Source: Octopus vulgaris
Lineage: Eukaryota
Assembly: GCA_951406725.2 (NCBI GenBank)
Contig: OX597830.1
Location: forward strand, 78,988,001 to 79,052,000
Length of the DNA stretch: 64,000 bases
Reading direction: 5' to 3'
In this document: in pieces, positions 25,189 through 40,714 of the stretch
Numbering within the stretch: the stretch's first letter is position 1
How the letters are laid out: each line of letters starts with the position of its first letter
Notes under the pieces: model-generated
What the model was told of the DNA's origin: nothing
The model's input: only the letters and a program-made list of their open reading frames with translations
Database searches by the model: none
Position numbers and translations under genes: made by a program

Positions 25189-28100
25189 TAACAGAGAGAG
25201 AGAGATGTTTTGCGTCAACTTAAAAACGGGAAAGCTTCTGATATTGATGGTATTCCTGCAGAAGAGCTGAAATCAAAAGGGAAAAAGAAACAGGATGGTG
25301 GATTTTCATCATAATCATAATATATAATCGATGGGTAATCGATATAGTTTCTCTCGATCGGTATGTGCTTGGGGGCTTATGTCACTGATGGTGTTGTGCA
25401 ACGGGGAACGAGGATTATCACCTGTGGCATTTCTGCCCTAAAAGTTACAGGGAAAATATCTGCTTACTGATTTTTGATCAGGTTTTCACGTTGGGCAAGA
25501 AGCCAATGAATATAATTTTGCTTTGGATTTTCTTCAGCTACGGTTTCCAGAAGCTGAATATTGCCAGGACTTAATCGTCCAGATCAAGAGAAATCTACGG
25601 GATAAAAATTTCCCGAGCGATATTGGCCAAACCGTCGTTGGTATTTCCAGATATTTAAAACTCTATCTTTTCGGTAAGGCGACGAGCTGGCAGAAACGTT
25701 AGCACGCCGGGCGAAATGCTTAGCAGTATTTCGTCTGCCGCTATGTTCTGAGTTCAAATTCCGCCGAGGTCGACTTTGCCTTTCATCCTTTCGGGGTCAA
25801 TAAAATAAGTACCAGTTACGCACTGGGGTCGATGTAATCGACTAAATCCCTTTGTCTGTCCTTGTTTGTCCTCTTTGTGTTTAGCCCCTAGTGGGTAGTA
25901 AAGAAATAGGTATTTCCAGATACTTAAATCTTAATTTCCCTAGATAGAACGAATAATTCTTACCACTTCCATAAGTGAAGAAACCCCTTCTGAATTCATG
26001 TAGCGTGTTTTATCTGATATGGGTCTGGTGTAAACTTATTTTAAAATGGTAAAATCGACACAGATCTAACCACTATAATATAAAGAGACGGAGAAAATCA
26101 GCTAGTCGACTGCTTGAGAAATATATTGAGTAGAGAGACTTGACCCCTGGCATTGCTTCATTGACCTCACTAAGATTTTACATTTACTGACTCTTTATGT
26201 ATTACACGAAATTCTCAGAAATGTTGATTGTCCTAATATATATTTACAAATACACCTTTTCAATCAGTGGTGGTGTAAAACAAGGTGATGTAATCATTCC
26301 TACTCTGTTTACCGTATATTTCCCAATAGGTTATTTTTTTTTTCTTTTCAATTGCTTTCAAAACACTGCTATGAAGTTATTTATATTTGCCATCACAGAA
26401 CTGATAAGTTATTCGACCTCAAATCAATTAATTCTAAATCACACATTTTTTAATATTTTGTAACTTTGATAAGATCTCTCGTAGACTGACAACTATAAGG
26501 TTGCCCCACTCAAAGTTTTATAGACATAATTCCATTGGAACTTAACACGTTGGGCTTCACAATAAACTTAATGAAACTATTGTTCCGCATCAGCTCTGCC
26601 TTGGAAATCTTCGTATGGATCCAAAAAATAACAATATATGGTAAAACTTAGTAATCACAACGTTTGTTCCTTCTCGAGCCATGCCTGGCTCATAAGAGCC
26701 GGTTTCCTGGTTTCCTTGGCGTATAGGTTCCCCACCTGGACGGGATGCCGGTCCGTCGCAAGATGCAGGAGGAAAGAGTGAGAGAAAGTTGTGGCGAAAG
26801 AGTCAGCAGAAGTTCGCCATTACCTTCTGCCGGAGTCACATGGAGATTTGTTGTTTTCGCTCATAAACACACTCAGGGCCCGGTCTGAGATTCGAACCTG
26901 CGATTGCGAGTCCGCTGCTTTAACCACTAGGCCATCTGCCTCCACAATCATGACGTGTATGATACTTATTAACTATTCAAATAATAATAATAATAATGAA
27001 ACGTAGACTGTTAACTTCACTCAATTATTTAATATTTTGTGACAAAATTGTCGACGCTTTATCTGCGACGTAGAACTGCGTTAGTGACAGTGCAACGAAA
27101 ATCTTTATATATAAAAGTGAAGTTGTGTGTCTGTCTCCTACGATTTAGATTCGTAACTACTCCCACATTTTGCAGTGCAGTTTAACCAAAATCGGGTATC
27201 TTATAGTCGTGATTCATATCGAGCCCTTCTGGGTATTAGCGCGCGTCTACGATGAGTCTACGATTTAAAAAAAAATTACCATATTTTTTTTCCATTTTAA
27301 TGCATTTTTTTCGCTATTATATAAGGGAAGTAACTCTCTAAAAATGTCTACGATGAGTCAACGATTTAAAAAAAAATTTACCATATTTTCTTTTCCATTT
27401 TTAATGCATATTTTTGCTATTTTTTGGCTATAACTCTCTAAAAATGCTTATATAGCTATTTCCCTTACCAACCCGAGCAACACCGGGCGACACTGCTAGT
27501 TCTTATATAAAAAAATAAAGAAAATTTAACAGTTTCTGTGCCTTTTTTTTTTGCTTTTTTTTCAATGCTTAATATAAATCTTCCACGATATTATTGCTTT
27601 GGTTTCGATACACAATCAGATCAAACACTTAGCAGTCAAATACATCATCAAATATCGTGAGTTTTCCCCAAAATAACTATGCAGCATGTAGCAGCGGTGT
27701 ATTTTTTAAAAAATGACACTAAAATACTTATCTCTTTTGTTGTGTAGCAATAACCATTTTAGCCATTTTGAAATGTGGCGCAAATTGGCAATATGACGTA
27801 ATGTCGTATTGCCGAAGAAATATCATTTTCGTTTTTTTTCCATTGGATTTTTTCCATAACTGCTCATATAAAGATTCTAGAAGTTTCGAAAAGAATATCT
27901 GTCATGGATTTCGATTCTTTTTAGTCAAGTTGAGCAGTTATAAAAACCGTGGATTTTGGAAGATAAATCAGTGTTCGTTTGGTAGTCATTCAACTCCACG
28001 TCACTCACTCTTTTGGAGACATCGGTAAATTGTTATGCCATGTCTACGTTAATCACAAATCTATTTTGATTTGTTGGTTAACGTATTAGATAGAAAGAAG

Positions 28101-29107
28101 AAATTAGCTAAGGAATTTTAAAGTCGTTTTTCTTCACGACGAAAGTATCTTTCTTACTGTAAAAAAAATATGAATTGTTATATTTATATAATAAAAAATA
28201 ATAAAAAGAAAATGTTTCTCTTCACGTTTGTTTTTCAACTGAGCATAGATAAATATACATTTCTGTAATCTTTGATTTATGTTTCTTATAGCGGTTTAAA
28301 GGACACGATAAAAATATTCAACATACATGGTCGTTGACGTAGCGTTCCATGCGTATATGTCTATATGACGTTATAACTGCAGTTAGAGTTAAAGATATAA
28401 TGATAACACTTGAGTATAAGTGACGTTGAATCATTATATTCTTCCTTACAAAGAGAAAAGCCTAAATAAATAATATAACTTAAGAGAAAGCTTAAGGTAA
28501 TAAAATAAAAACCGCCGTAGGAAAAGTGGTGACCCCGACGTGATAAAGCCTATAGGAAAAACTATAGAGTTGCATGGCCGCAAAACAAAGACATATCCAA
28601 AATATATTAAACACTCAGAGTGTTTTCAGTAAAAATATCCAATAAATTTTGCATATATCTTACAAATAAACGTGAGTGAAGATGAGGTCTTGGAGTTAAA
28701 GAATGTTGTAAACATAGAAGCTCTCGTGCGACGCAGTAACCTGAGGTAAGCAGGCCTTGGAAGTTCGTATGCAAAGTGTAAGAATTCCAAAGCATCTATT
28801 CTATGTAGAATTATGCCTTCAGAAAAGACTCCCTAACAGACCGAATTTAGGATACAAGGACCGTTTAAATTTGTTATGAAGGGGAAAAAAAAGGCAACAT
28901 TTATGCGGAAAGTTGGGAAATAATTGTAATTTAAGATTAACATAGGCGCAGGAGTGGCTGTGTGGTAAGTAGCTTGCTTACCAACCACATAGTTTCGGGT
29001 TCAGTCCCACTGCGTGGAAACTTGGGTAAGTGTCTTCTACTATAGCCTCGGGCCGACCAAAGCCTTGTGAGTGGATTTGGTAGACGGAAACTGAAAGAAG
29101 CCCGTCG

Positions 29108-29145
<38 letters not shown>

Positions 29146-30287
29146 CATGTATATGTTTGTGTGTCTGTGTTTGTCACCCCCCCAACATCGCTTGACAACC
29201 GATGGTGGTGTGTTTACGTCCCCATAACTTAGCGGTTCGGTTAAAGAGACCAATAGAATAAGTACTAGGCTTACAAAGAATAAGTCCTGGGGTCGATTTG
29301 CTCGACTAAAAGGAGGTGCTCCAGCATGGCCGCAGTCAAATGACTGAAACAAGTAAAAGAGTAAAGAGAGTAAAGGAGTATATTCAGAGCGTCTAAGCAT
29401 TTTGAAGAGAATCGCATTATACATAAAACTGAAACGTGATACAAGGGAAAGAAAATTCATTTTTATGTAGTTCAGTTCATAAATACAACATGAAAAGCAA
29501 AAGCTCAAAAACGAAAGTTTGCGATACACTCTACGATTTTAGTCAAATAAATTGCAATTTTCGTATCTCCTGTGCCACATGAACTCCGAGAGACACAAGT
29601 CAATTATAGATCGCTAAGTGTCCCGGCCCCGTTTACTACCTCGCTTTACAGAGGCCCGCGTACTTTCCGGTTATTACGTGTGGGTACTACCATTCGAAAT
29701 AATAAACCCCGCGCTAAGCAAGCAGCTTACAGATTGGCTAAAATTACTCAAAATTTGCAACCTTTTAAAAGTTATTAATTGCTTATTTATTAATTTATGG
29801 CAAAAATGAATTTCATACCCATAGTTAACATAAGAAACTACATCAGTACACCAAATTTGAAATCAAATGGAACAAAATTGAAGAAGATGAAAAGTGAAAG
29901 GCAAACAGAAAAGATCCTTACCCTATACTTTTGTAGAGTACAAATTTATTATTCTTAGGCAAGAATGTTGTTGACAGTAACTTCGATGTTTCGGTCAGCT
30001 AAGTCATCATCCCAATGGAGTGAAAGACGTCGTCGCAGAATACCATCACTCAGAGCTACGAAGGATTGTTCATATCGCCATGTTCTCAGAAAATCGGCGG
30101 ACCCGTGTGGTTGTCGGGTGGTACCCGCGTGAGCGGAAAAGACCACTCAGAAGACTTCCAATCAGGTGGGAAGATAATTTAAGGAAAATGTTTGGAGCAA
30201 AATGGTGAGAGCACGAGGGGAATGGAGCGAATGCTATGGCCAGCGGAGCCGACTCGAAACCAGACAGCCTGGCCGATCCAAGTGATA

Positions 30288-30321
<34 letters not shown>

Positions 30322-30527
30322 TACCGTTGGCGAATTTTTTTTCCTCCGTCTTCCCTTCCTTGGATCTTTCCTTTTCCTATGTTTCTGACGAAGAGCTCCG
30401 CAAATCCTCCTTCTTTCTTTCCTTTCCTGAACGTCCAATAACACTATACTTGTTCCACGTCCTCGTGTTGTTGTGTTTTCTCTTTGTGTTTTCATGTTTG
30501 GATTAACTATATATATATATGTATATA

Positions 30528-30594
<67 letters not shown>

Positions 30595-30817
30595 TCGCCA
30601 TGTATATATCAGATCGCCATGTATATATCAGATCGCCATGTATATATCAGATCGCCATGTTGAAGAGCGTAGGCTCGAAACGTTAAAGACTTGTTTTATT
30701 TATATTTCCTGAGCGCCATACTAATACAATTGTTTGTTTGTATTCCACCTGCCTTCGTCTTTTGTTTATTTCCGTAAACCTGCCTTCGTCTTTTGTCTAT
30801 TTTCATAAAGCTTCCCG

Positions 30818-30867
<50 letters not shown>

Positions 30868-32637
30868 GTATACATGCACAAAAGCAAGCAAGTAAGAGAT
30901 CGTTGTCACCTAAAAGAAAATATATCTTCTGATAACTACAAAACAAAATATGTCTTCCTATTGGTCACGTGAACCTATATGATCAAGAGTGAATTTTTTA
31001 GCCGGATAAAAATGAAATATTGTCTTGATAAGCTGCAACACAACACCCGGAATAAACAACTGTTAAAAACCTAGTCCTTCCACTCAAGCTTGCTTGCGTG
31101 TATGTATGTATGTATGTATGTATGTATGTATGTATGTATGTATGTATGTATGTATGTATGTATGTATGTATGTATGTATGCATGTATGCATGTATGTATG
31201 TATGTATGTATGTATGTATGTTTTATTTGTTTCAGTCATTAAACCACGGCTATTCTGAGACACTTCTTCGATCACAGTACTTTTTTTTTTAATCTGATAC
31301 TTAGTCAATGAGACTTTTTTGGTGAGCCACTAAATTGCGGGGACGTAAACAAACCAACACCAGCTGTCAAGTGATGGTGTGGGACAAACATAAACTCAAA
31401 GACACATACGTACATACATACATACATACATACATACATACATACATACATACATACATACATACATACACACACATATATATATATATATATATGTATA
31501 TATGACGGGCTTCTTTTAGTTTCCGTCTACTAAATCCACTCACAACGATTTTGTCGAACCGAAGCTAGAGTTAAAGACACTTGCCCAAGGTGCCACTGAA
31601 CCTAGAATCATGTGGTTTGGAAGCAGACTTCTTACCCACACAGCCACGCCTACATGTATATATTATTTTTTATGTTTGTGTGTATGTATGTATGTATGTA
31701 TGTATGTATGTATGTATGTATGTATGTATGTCAGATAAAATAGACTCCAAATAGATTAGTTGTAGTCCGCATCAGCAAGACTTGTATTATTTCGTAAAGT
31801 GACAAAGAATAAAGGAATATTGCTGGGGAGAGTTTCTGACGTTTCAGATAAAGTCTTTCTTCAAGTTTGTGCCTTTAGGAAGAAGAAAAAGGGAAAAGGG
31901 AAGAGTTTCTTGATCCTGTCGACTGGTTGCAACTGATGGGGAACAGAAACCAAAATTGGAAGTGTGAACGCGGATGGGAAGTAGGAGAAAAGCACTGGAT
32001 GACAGAAAGTGAATAAAAGAGAAACAAAAAATAAATAAGAAGCTAACGATGACAGATGGAGGGGAAAATTTAGATCAGGGGGTGGTGAATGGATAAAGCA
32101 TGGATTACTCTGATACTAGGACAGCGTGAAAGAGTTGAAGAAAATAACATTCATTTAAGCCCCTTTGATCCTCCATGTAGCCTACAAATAGGTTAGCCTA
32201 AATGGGAGTGATTTTAGTACCCATAGTGAACCTGCTGACAACTTTGTAAGATGCTTTAGTCGAGGTAATTAACGGTTTACAGAAACATACATGCATATAT
32301 ATTCTTTTATTCTTTAATTTGTTTCAAACATTTGACTGTGGCCATACTGGAGCACCGCCTTTAGTCAAGCAAATCCACCCCGGGACTTATTCTTTGTAAG
32401 CCTAGTACTTATTCTATCTGTATCTCTTGCCGAACCGCTAAGTGACAGGGACGTAAACACATCAGCATCGGTTGTCAAGCGATGTTGGGGGACAAACACA
32501 GACACACAAACATATACATATACATATGAATGTGTGTGTATATATATACGACGGGCTTCTTTCAGTTTCCGTCTACCAAGTCCACTCACAAGGCTTTGGT
32601 CGGCCCGAGGCTATAGTAGAAGACACTTGCCCAATGC

Positions 32638-32689
<52 letters not shown>

Positions 32690-32742
32690 ATGTATTTTTA
32701 TATGTATGTATGTGTGTATGTATGTATGTACGTATGTATATA

Positions 32743-32815
<73 letters not shown>

Positions 32816-33347
32816 TTTGTATGATTGGGTATAGAGGGATATATATTATTCAAAGAAATTCCAACTCTGTTTTTTTATGTTTTATTTATATTCTTTATAA
32901 TATTCACTGTAGAATATAGAATATATAGTATAAATAATATATATATAGTAAAATGAAATGAAGTATTGATTGTCTTATTGAATAGATTAAATGTTGAATA
33001 TCAAATATTAAGGGACTGGTATACTTTCTTGCATTAAAGCAGTCTGCATATATATTTGCACACACACTTTCACACAAATGGAATGAATGATAGATACATA
33101 CATAACAAATATGCATGTATGTATATAAATCCTTAAATCCTTAAAAATGTTTTAGTCCGAAGGCCGCGGCCATGCTGGGGCACCACCGCTGGTATACATG
33201 CATGTATATATACATTCATACATACATACATATATATATACATTTCTACGTGTGTGTGCAACAAACGCGTGCATACACACGTATAAACACTTTTATAGAT
33301 ATATGTACGTCTATATATATATATATATATAGATAGATATATGTACA

Positions 33348-33405
<58 letters not shown>

Positions 33406-33449
33406 CATGTATATATATATATATAGATAATTATATACATACATACGTT

Positions 33450-33499
<50 letters not shown>

Positions 33500-33775
33500 T
33501 ATTTTCTCTACAATATATATAGAGATAGATAGATAGATAGATACATACATACATATATACATGCATACATACATACATATATGCATGTATATATACATTC
33601 ATACATACATACGTAATATATATATACATATATATATATATACACATAAATATATGCACACACTCAAACAGGTGTACATATATGTGTGTGTATATAAATA
33701 TGTGTGTGTGTGTGCGTGTGTATATATATGTATATGCATATTTTCTCTACAATATATATAAAGATAGATAAATAG

Positions 33776-33838
<63 letters not shown>

Positions 33839-33936
33839 CAGTCATACATACATGCATAATATATATATACATACATACATACATATATATGCTCACACTC
33901 ATAAACATGTGTACATATATGTGTGTGTATATAAAT

Positions 33937-34023
<87 letters not shown>

Positions 34024-37000
34024 TAAAAACGGTAAGATAACAAAAGAAAGAAAGAGACCTCAATATTATGTAAATAGAGGAAATTTATCTATAAAATAAT
34101 ATGTTACAATTACTCAATAGTCAAGATAAAACTCTGAGTTTCCGATGCCGAAGTGGAAATCCACAACACCATCTCTTCGGTTATCTGGACACAACAGATA
34201 ACCGAATAGATGGTGTTGTGGATTTCCACTTCGGCATCTGAAACTCAGAGTTTTATCTTGACTATTGAGTAATGTAACATATTATATATATATATATATA
34301 TATATGGATCCAAAATAAAAATGTAGTACTGGACTCCGTCTACATCACTACAAGCTGCTGGTGAGGAGACAGTGATTGTGTATGCGTGTGTGCGCGCGCG
34401 CTCGTATGTGCGCGTGCGCGTGAGTGTGTGTGCGCGCGTGTATTAAAAGAGGGAGGGAGGTGTTGTGTCCATATTTTCTTCTATTAGTGGCTATTAAAGA
34501 TTTCCACTCACCTTATGTTGTTTCTATCGAGTTTTCATTCTCTGCCTATGTGAATCTGTTTGCTAAGTGTGTATATATATATACATATTTATATATATAT
34601 ATATGTATATTGTGTCAAAGCGAAAGTTTTTTTTCCGTGAGAGAGAGACAGAGAGGGAGAGGGAGAGACAGAGAGGGAGAGGGAGAGAAGGAGGGGGAGA
34701 GGGAGACACAGAGAGGGAGAGACAGAGAGGGAGAGGGAGAGTCAGAGAGATAGAGAGAGGGGGCGCAAGAGGGAGAGTGTATGTGTGTGTGTTGTTTGTT
34801 TGTTGTGTCTTTCACCATCTCCCGCTCTCAACCTGCTACTCTCTCTCTCTCGCTCCTCCTCTCTCTATCTCCCATTCTCTCTACCTCCTACTCACTCTCT
34901 CTCTCTCTATGTCCTGTTCTATCATTCCTTATTACCACATACGATGCAGGTTCGTTAAAATGAATCACGACACAGCGTTGTGCTGCACAACTTCAAACTG
35001 CCCGCTGCACCGATACGGGATGCACAACTTTTGACACAATGGTGCAACACATCGATGCACAACGTTGCACACAACAGTGCGACACATCGATACACTTCAC
35101 TGCATAATGCATTACTACCCAGTATTGCATGGCACAGCGCTATTACAGGGTACTCCGTGTTACAGCATCAAATTGCACTGTATTGCATTACTGCACATCT
35201 CTACATAAAATAACACTGCACACGACTGCATCTTACACCAATACACTGCACTGTAGTACACATCGCTGCACACACCACTGCATGACACACCATCACTATA
35301 GAGTACTTTATGTCACAGTACTCTACAGTTATGATGTGCAGTGTATGCTGCAACACCATACTGCATTATATGACACAATGCTGCACAAAACTGCAACTGA
35401 CAGCAATATACTTATTTCTTTACTACCCACAAGGGGCTAAACACAGAGGGGACAAACAAGGACAGACAAACGGATTAAGTCGATTACATCGACCCCAGTG
35501 CGTAATTGGTACTTAATTTATCGACTCCGAAAGGATGAAAGGCAAAGTCAACCTCGGCGGAATTTGAACTCACAACGTAACGACAGACGAAATACCTATT
35601 TCTTTACTACCCACAAGGGGCTAAACACAGAGAGGACAAACAAGGACAGACATAGGTACTAAGTCGATTACATCGACCCCAGTGCGTAATTGGTACTTAA
35701 TTTATCGACCCCGAAAGGATGAAAGGCAAAGTCGACCACGGCGGAATTTGAACTCACAGCGTAACGACAGACGAAATACCGCTAAGCATTTCGCCCGGCG
35801 CGCTAATGTTTCTGCCAGCTCGCCGCCTTAATTTGGCAGCAATATATACTCTACTGTATTACAAATCGCTGCACACCACTACATGAGGGTGCTGAAAAGT
35901 TCCTGGCTTTAAGGGTATCGCGAAAGGCTTGGTTAGAGGACCAACCTTCTTTTAAAGGGGTTACATAAATTGCAGGACCACTGCAATTCGTGTGTAAATC
36001 TGAGCAGCGAATATGTTGAATAAAATCATAATTAACTGATCCTCCAGTATTTTCTTCTCCCCAAAGCCAGGAACTTGTAGAGTACTTCGTGTCACAGTAG
36101 TCTACAGTTATGACGTGCAGTGCACGCCACGGTACACTATTGCATTGTCAAGGCGGCGAGCTGGCAGAAACGTTAGCACGCCGGGCGAAATGCGTAGCTG
36201 TATTTCGTCTGCCGTTACGTTCTGAGTTCAAATTCCGCCGAGGTCGACTTTGCCTTTCATCCTTTCGGAGGTCGATTAAATAAGTACCAGTTACGCACTG
36301 GGGTCGATATAATCGACTTAATCCGTGTGCCTGTCCTTGTTTGTCCTCTCTGTGTTTAGCCCCTTGCGGGTAGTAAAGAAATAGGTATTTCGTCTGCCGC
36401 TATACGTTCTGAGTTCAAATTCCGCCGAGGTCGACTTTGCCTTTCATCCTTTCGGGGTCGATAAAATAAGTACCAGTTACGCACTGGGGTCGATATAATC
36501 GACTTAATCCATTTGTCTGTCCTTGTTTGTCCTCTCTGTGTTTAGCCCCTTGTGGGTAGTATTGAAATAGGTAATGTCCTTGTTCTCGTCCTTTTTTAGT
36601 AGTACTATTATATACTGGTTCACTGAACAGATAATTCTCTACTGCAGCATGCAAGTTGTTGTAAACATTTGCCACGATGTTGTCAAACAAGTCTGCTATG
36701 AATACGTAAAGATCGTAAGACAGATCAACCAAAACAAAGAGTATGTCACTCGCTCAACTGCTTCACCGTCTCATGTGTCTCTGCTACAGATTTCAGCTTT
36801 TCATGGCTATCCTTCGAGGAAACCATTAACAAACACTACCGTCTTCTGTTCACCTCCCGCTTAGAACAGTTACGGTTACTCAAAGTGCTGTAGAAAAAGC
36901 CGCACACACCTCCTTGGAATCGAGTAGCACGCATCCGTGTGTCGGTCTGTCGAAGACTGAATTGAGAAATTGTAAAAAAAAAAGACGTTGCTCTTCTGGC

Positions 37001-37293
37001 AGTTGAACAGTTCAACGACTTTCGTTATTTGGTGTCTTAGAGTCCGTTTCGTATTTTATATTTATTTACTCTTTTACTCTTTTACTTGTTTCAGTCATTT
37101 TGACTGCGGCCATGCTGGAGCATCGCCTTTAGTCGAGCAGATCGACCTCAGGACTTATTCTTTGTAAGCCTAGTACTTATTGTATCGGTCTCTTTTGCAG
37201 AACCGCTAAGTTACGGGGCGTAAACACACCAGCATCGGTTGTCAAGCGATGTTAGGGGGGGGGACAAACACAGACACACAAACATATACACAC

Positions 37294-37356
<63 letters not shown>

Positions 37357-38494
37357 CATATATACGACGGCTTCTTTCAGTTTCCATCTACCAAATCCAC
37401 TCACAAGGCTTTGGTCGGCCCGAGGCTAAAGTAGAAGACACTTGGCCAAGGTGCCACACAGTGGGACTGAACCCGGAACCATGTGGTTCGTAAGCAAGCT
37501 ACTTACCACACAGCCACTCCTACGCCTATATTTATTTATTTATTTATTTATTTATTTTAACTGTAATAACACAATCTTCATGTTTCGCGTTAAAGGAATG
37601 GCCGAAGTCCACTGTCAACACTAGCAACTCACTAGTGATATCTTTCTTTATCTTCTAAATTTCTATTTGTTTTCGGTCACTATCTCTTTGTGGAGTCTTA
37701 TCTATTCTACACAAACCGCCAGTTAACGAATGCCACTATCGTCAGCCAAAATTCCAAAACTGGTTGCTGTAGTCTTTGTGCGTTGGTAACGACGCATTCA
37801 GTTTCCAGTGACAATCGTAATGTTTTGGCTTATATATTTGGTTATTCAAGGCGGCTAGCTGGCAGAAACGTTAGCACGCCGGGCGAAATGCTTAGCAGTA
37901 TTTCGTCTGCCGTTACGTTCTGAGTTCAAATACCACCGAAGTCGACTTTGCCTTTCATCCTTTCTGGGTCGATAAATAAAGTACCAGTTACGCACTGGGG
38001 TCGATGTAATCGACTTGATCCGTTTGTCTGTCCTTATTTGTCCTCTCTGTGTTTAGCCCCTTGTGGGCAATAAAGAAATAGGTATTTCGTCTGTCTTTAC
38101 GTTCTAAGTTCAAAATCCGCCGAGGTCGACTTTGCCTTTCATCTTCTCGGGGTCGATAAATTAAATACCAGTTGCGTACTGGAGTCGATCTAATCGACTG
38201 GCTCCGCCCCCAAAAAAAATTTCGGGCCTTGTGCCTAGAGTAGAAAAGAATATATTTATTTATTTGTTTCTTTGTTTATTTATTTATAAATTTGTCAATC
38301 TCAATATCTATTGCATCACATTTCCTTATGAAATTACGTTTTGCTTCGTCTTTATTGCGATGGATTTCTAACTTTGGATATAAAGTACCTCGATCGCTTT
38401 AGTAATGTGTGGTGGGGTGGAGGCATGTATGTATGTCGCTCTATTCATGTATCTATCCACTCAACTATCCCTCTTAAACTTTCCAGCTATCAAT

Positions 38495-38533
<39 letters not shown>

Positions 38534-38854
38534 ACTCCCCTCTCTCTCTCTGGATCTATATATATATACATATATGTATATATATATGTACATACATATA
38601 TTTATACATATATATGATATCATTATTATTATTAATATAAGAAAATCAATATCCAAACTCATCATAAAGATGAAAGAAATTATTGATTTTCTTATATTAT
38701 TAAAAATAATAATAATACATTATTTAAAAATATATGTATATATCGCTCGTATTAAATATATAAATACTTTAATAGTATTAATATTTTTATACAATGGAGC
38801 ACTCAATATAAATTCAGTATAAAATATTCTTATTGAATATATTTACCTAAAGAT
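24628..38854 (+). repeat. Copy 2 of the ~14.3-kb tandem duplication
   Basis: Begins immediately after the gap with the sequence of 10033 onward; differs by SNPs, microsatellite lengths and indels. Confidence 0.95.
30585..30820 (+). mobile_element. 4 x 19-nt repeat followed by a 5'-truncated hammerhead-bearing module in (TA)n
   Basis: (ATATATCAGATCGCCATGT)x4 at 30585-30660, then TGAA-GAGC-GTAG-GCTC-GAAACGTTA-AAGAC. Confidence 0.55.
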
Positions 38855-38875
38855 TTATATATACATACATATATA

Positions 38876-38951
<76 letters not shown>

Positions 38952-39038
38952 CATATATATACATGTATATATATATATATATATATACATACATATATAT
39001 ACATGTATATATATATGTATATATATATATATACACAC

Positions 39039-39072
<34 letters not shown>

Positions 39073-39076
39073 GCAC

Positions 39077-39112
<36 letters not shown>

Positions 39113-39449
39113 GCTTGCTGATCAATTGTTTTGTCTCATTTTGTCTCAAAGTCGTAAGACGCCCCCGTATCATTCCTGTTTTTATTCGTTACTGTTTCCA
39201 ATTTTATCTTCGTCTCTTGTTTTCCTATTCGTCTCGGTTGTCACATTCTTTCCTTCTACCAAGCAAATCTAATGCCCATAGCTTAGCTTTTCCTTGGGGC
39301 TGGCCTTTTCGGGGCAAATCTCAGAATTAAACAGCCGAAATTTGCCATGATGAATCGGTTTCTGACTGAAGAGTGAAGGCTCTGAATTACTGTCCGTTTT
39401 TCCGTGTTTGTCAATTCGTGAATTTCACGTTCTTTATATATAAGTTTTG

Positions 39450-39489
<40 letters not shown>

Positions 39490-39762
39490 GTATATATGTA
39501 TATTTATAATAAGTGTAGATCGTATACGAGTGGGTATATATTTATAAAAAAGAAGTTTGAAAACGCCACTATATAAATTAAATTTTAATTTTCTTAGAAA
39601 TTTTTCATGTTTCGGTTCTTCTTGAAAAAACGAACCTTATCAAAAATATTTTAAAAAGTTAAGTGTAATAAAAAAGTTCATAATTGTTTCTTACTATTAT
39701 ACTTACTCCCCACAAAAAACAACCACGTGGATTCTGTTGAAACCAGTAAGAAACAATTACGA

Positions 39763-39810
<48 letters not shown>

Positions 39811-39902
39811 GGAGTAAACACATAAATGTGAAACAAGGTGGAAAAAAAGAGTCCTCAAATACCAGGGGTAGAGTAATATGCTTTATTTAAAAGCAGCAGA
39901 AA

Positions 39903-39940
39903 CTGTCCGACGAACGGGAACGTGAAACTCCGAGTAACAG
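39903..39940 (+). ncRNA. Minimal type I hammerhead ribozyme motif (U4C core variant)
   Basis: CTGT-CCGACGA-ACG(GGAA)CGT-GAAA-CTC(C)GAG-TA-ACAG; all three stems pair. Lies inside a (TA)n-flanked module (39808-39975) with 22-nt inverted arms. Confidence 0.7.
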
Positions 39941-40714
39941 GTTTTGTTGAATTTCTGCTGCTTTTAAATAAAGTATATATATATATTCATGTATTTATTC
40001 ATCGAAAAATACAGAACTCGCCTAAATATGAACGCATAACCAACTTTGGTCTCAGTATATATTATAATTCATGAATTCTTATTTATATATATTTATTTAT
40101 TCTTCTCGAAAGATGAGCAGTTTACCTCCCTTGTCCCCAATAATAACGATTACCAATTACCCCTTAGATTTTTCTGTTTGTTGAATTATTCATTCACAAA
40201 TTTCTCCGCACACAACGTGGACAAAAATATTCTTAAGAAAATACGAAATTACAATAATTTCAGGTCTTGATTAGCGAAAGCGAAACCGGTCGACAAGCAC
40301 AATACTCTTTCACTTATAAAATATATTTAAAAATATATTTAAACTATGCAAACTGTGTGCATTTTCCTTCTTTTATTTTATATATATTTTTTCTGCATTA
40401 CAACTTACCATGTGGAGATAATTGAAATTCTCCTCATCCTTTTTTTGTTACTATATATGTGTGTGTGCGTGCGTGTGTCTGTCTGTCTGTCTGTCTGCTT
40501 GACTGTCTATCTATCTGTTATCTATTATCCTTTTGCCTGCGTTTATGTTCTGAGTTCAACTTACGTCGATGTCGACTTTGCTTTCCATCGTTTGGGAGTC
40601 GATAAAACAAGTACCAGCTGAGCACTGGGGGTCGATGTAATCGATCTTCTGACCCATCAAAATTGCTGGCTTTGTGCCAAAATAAGAAATGAAAATCATT
40701 TATCTATCTATCAA

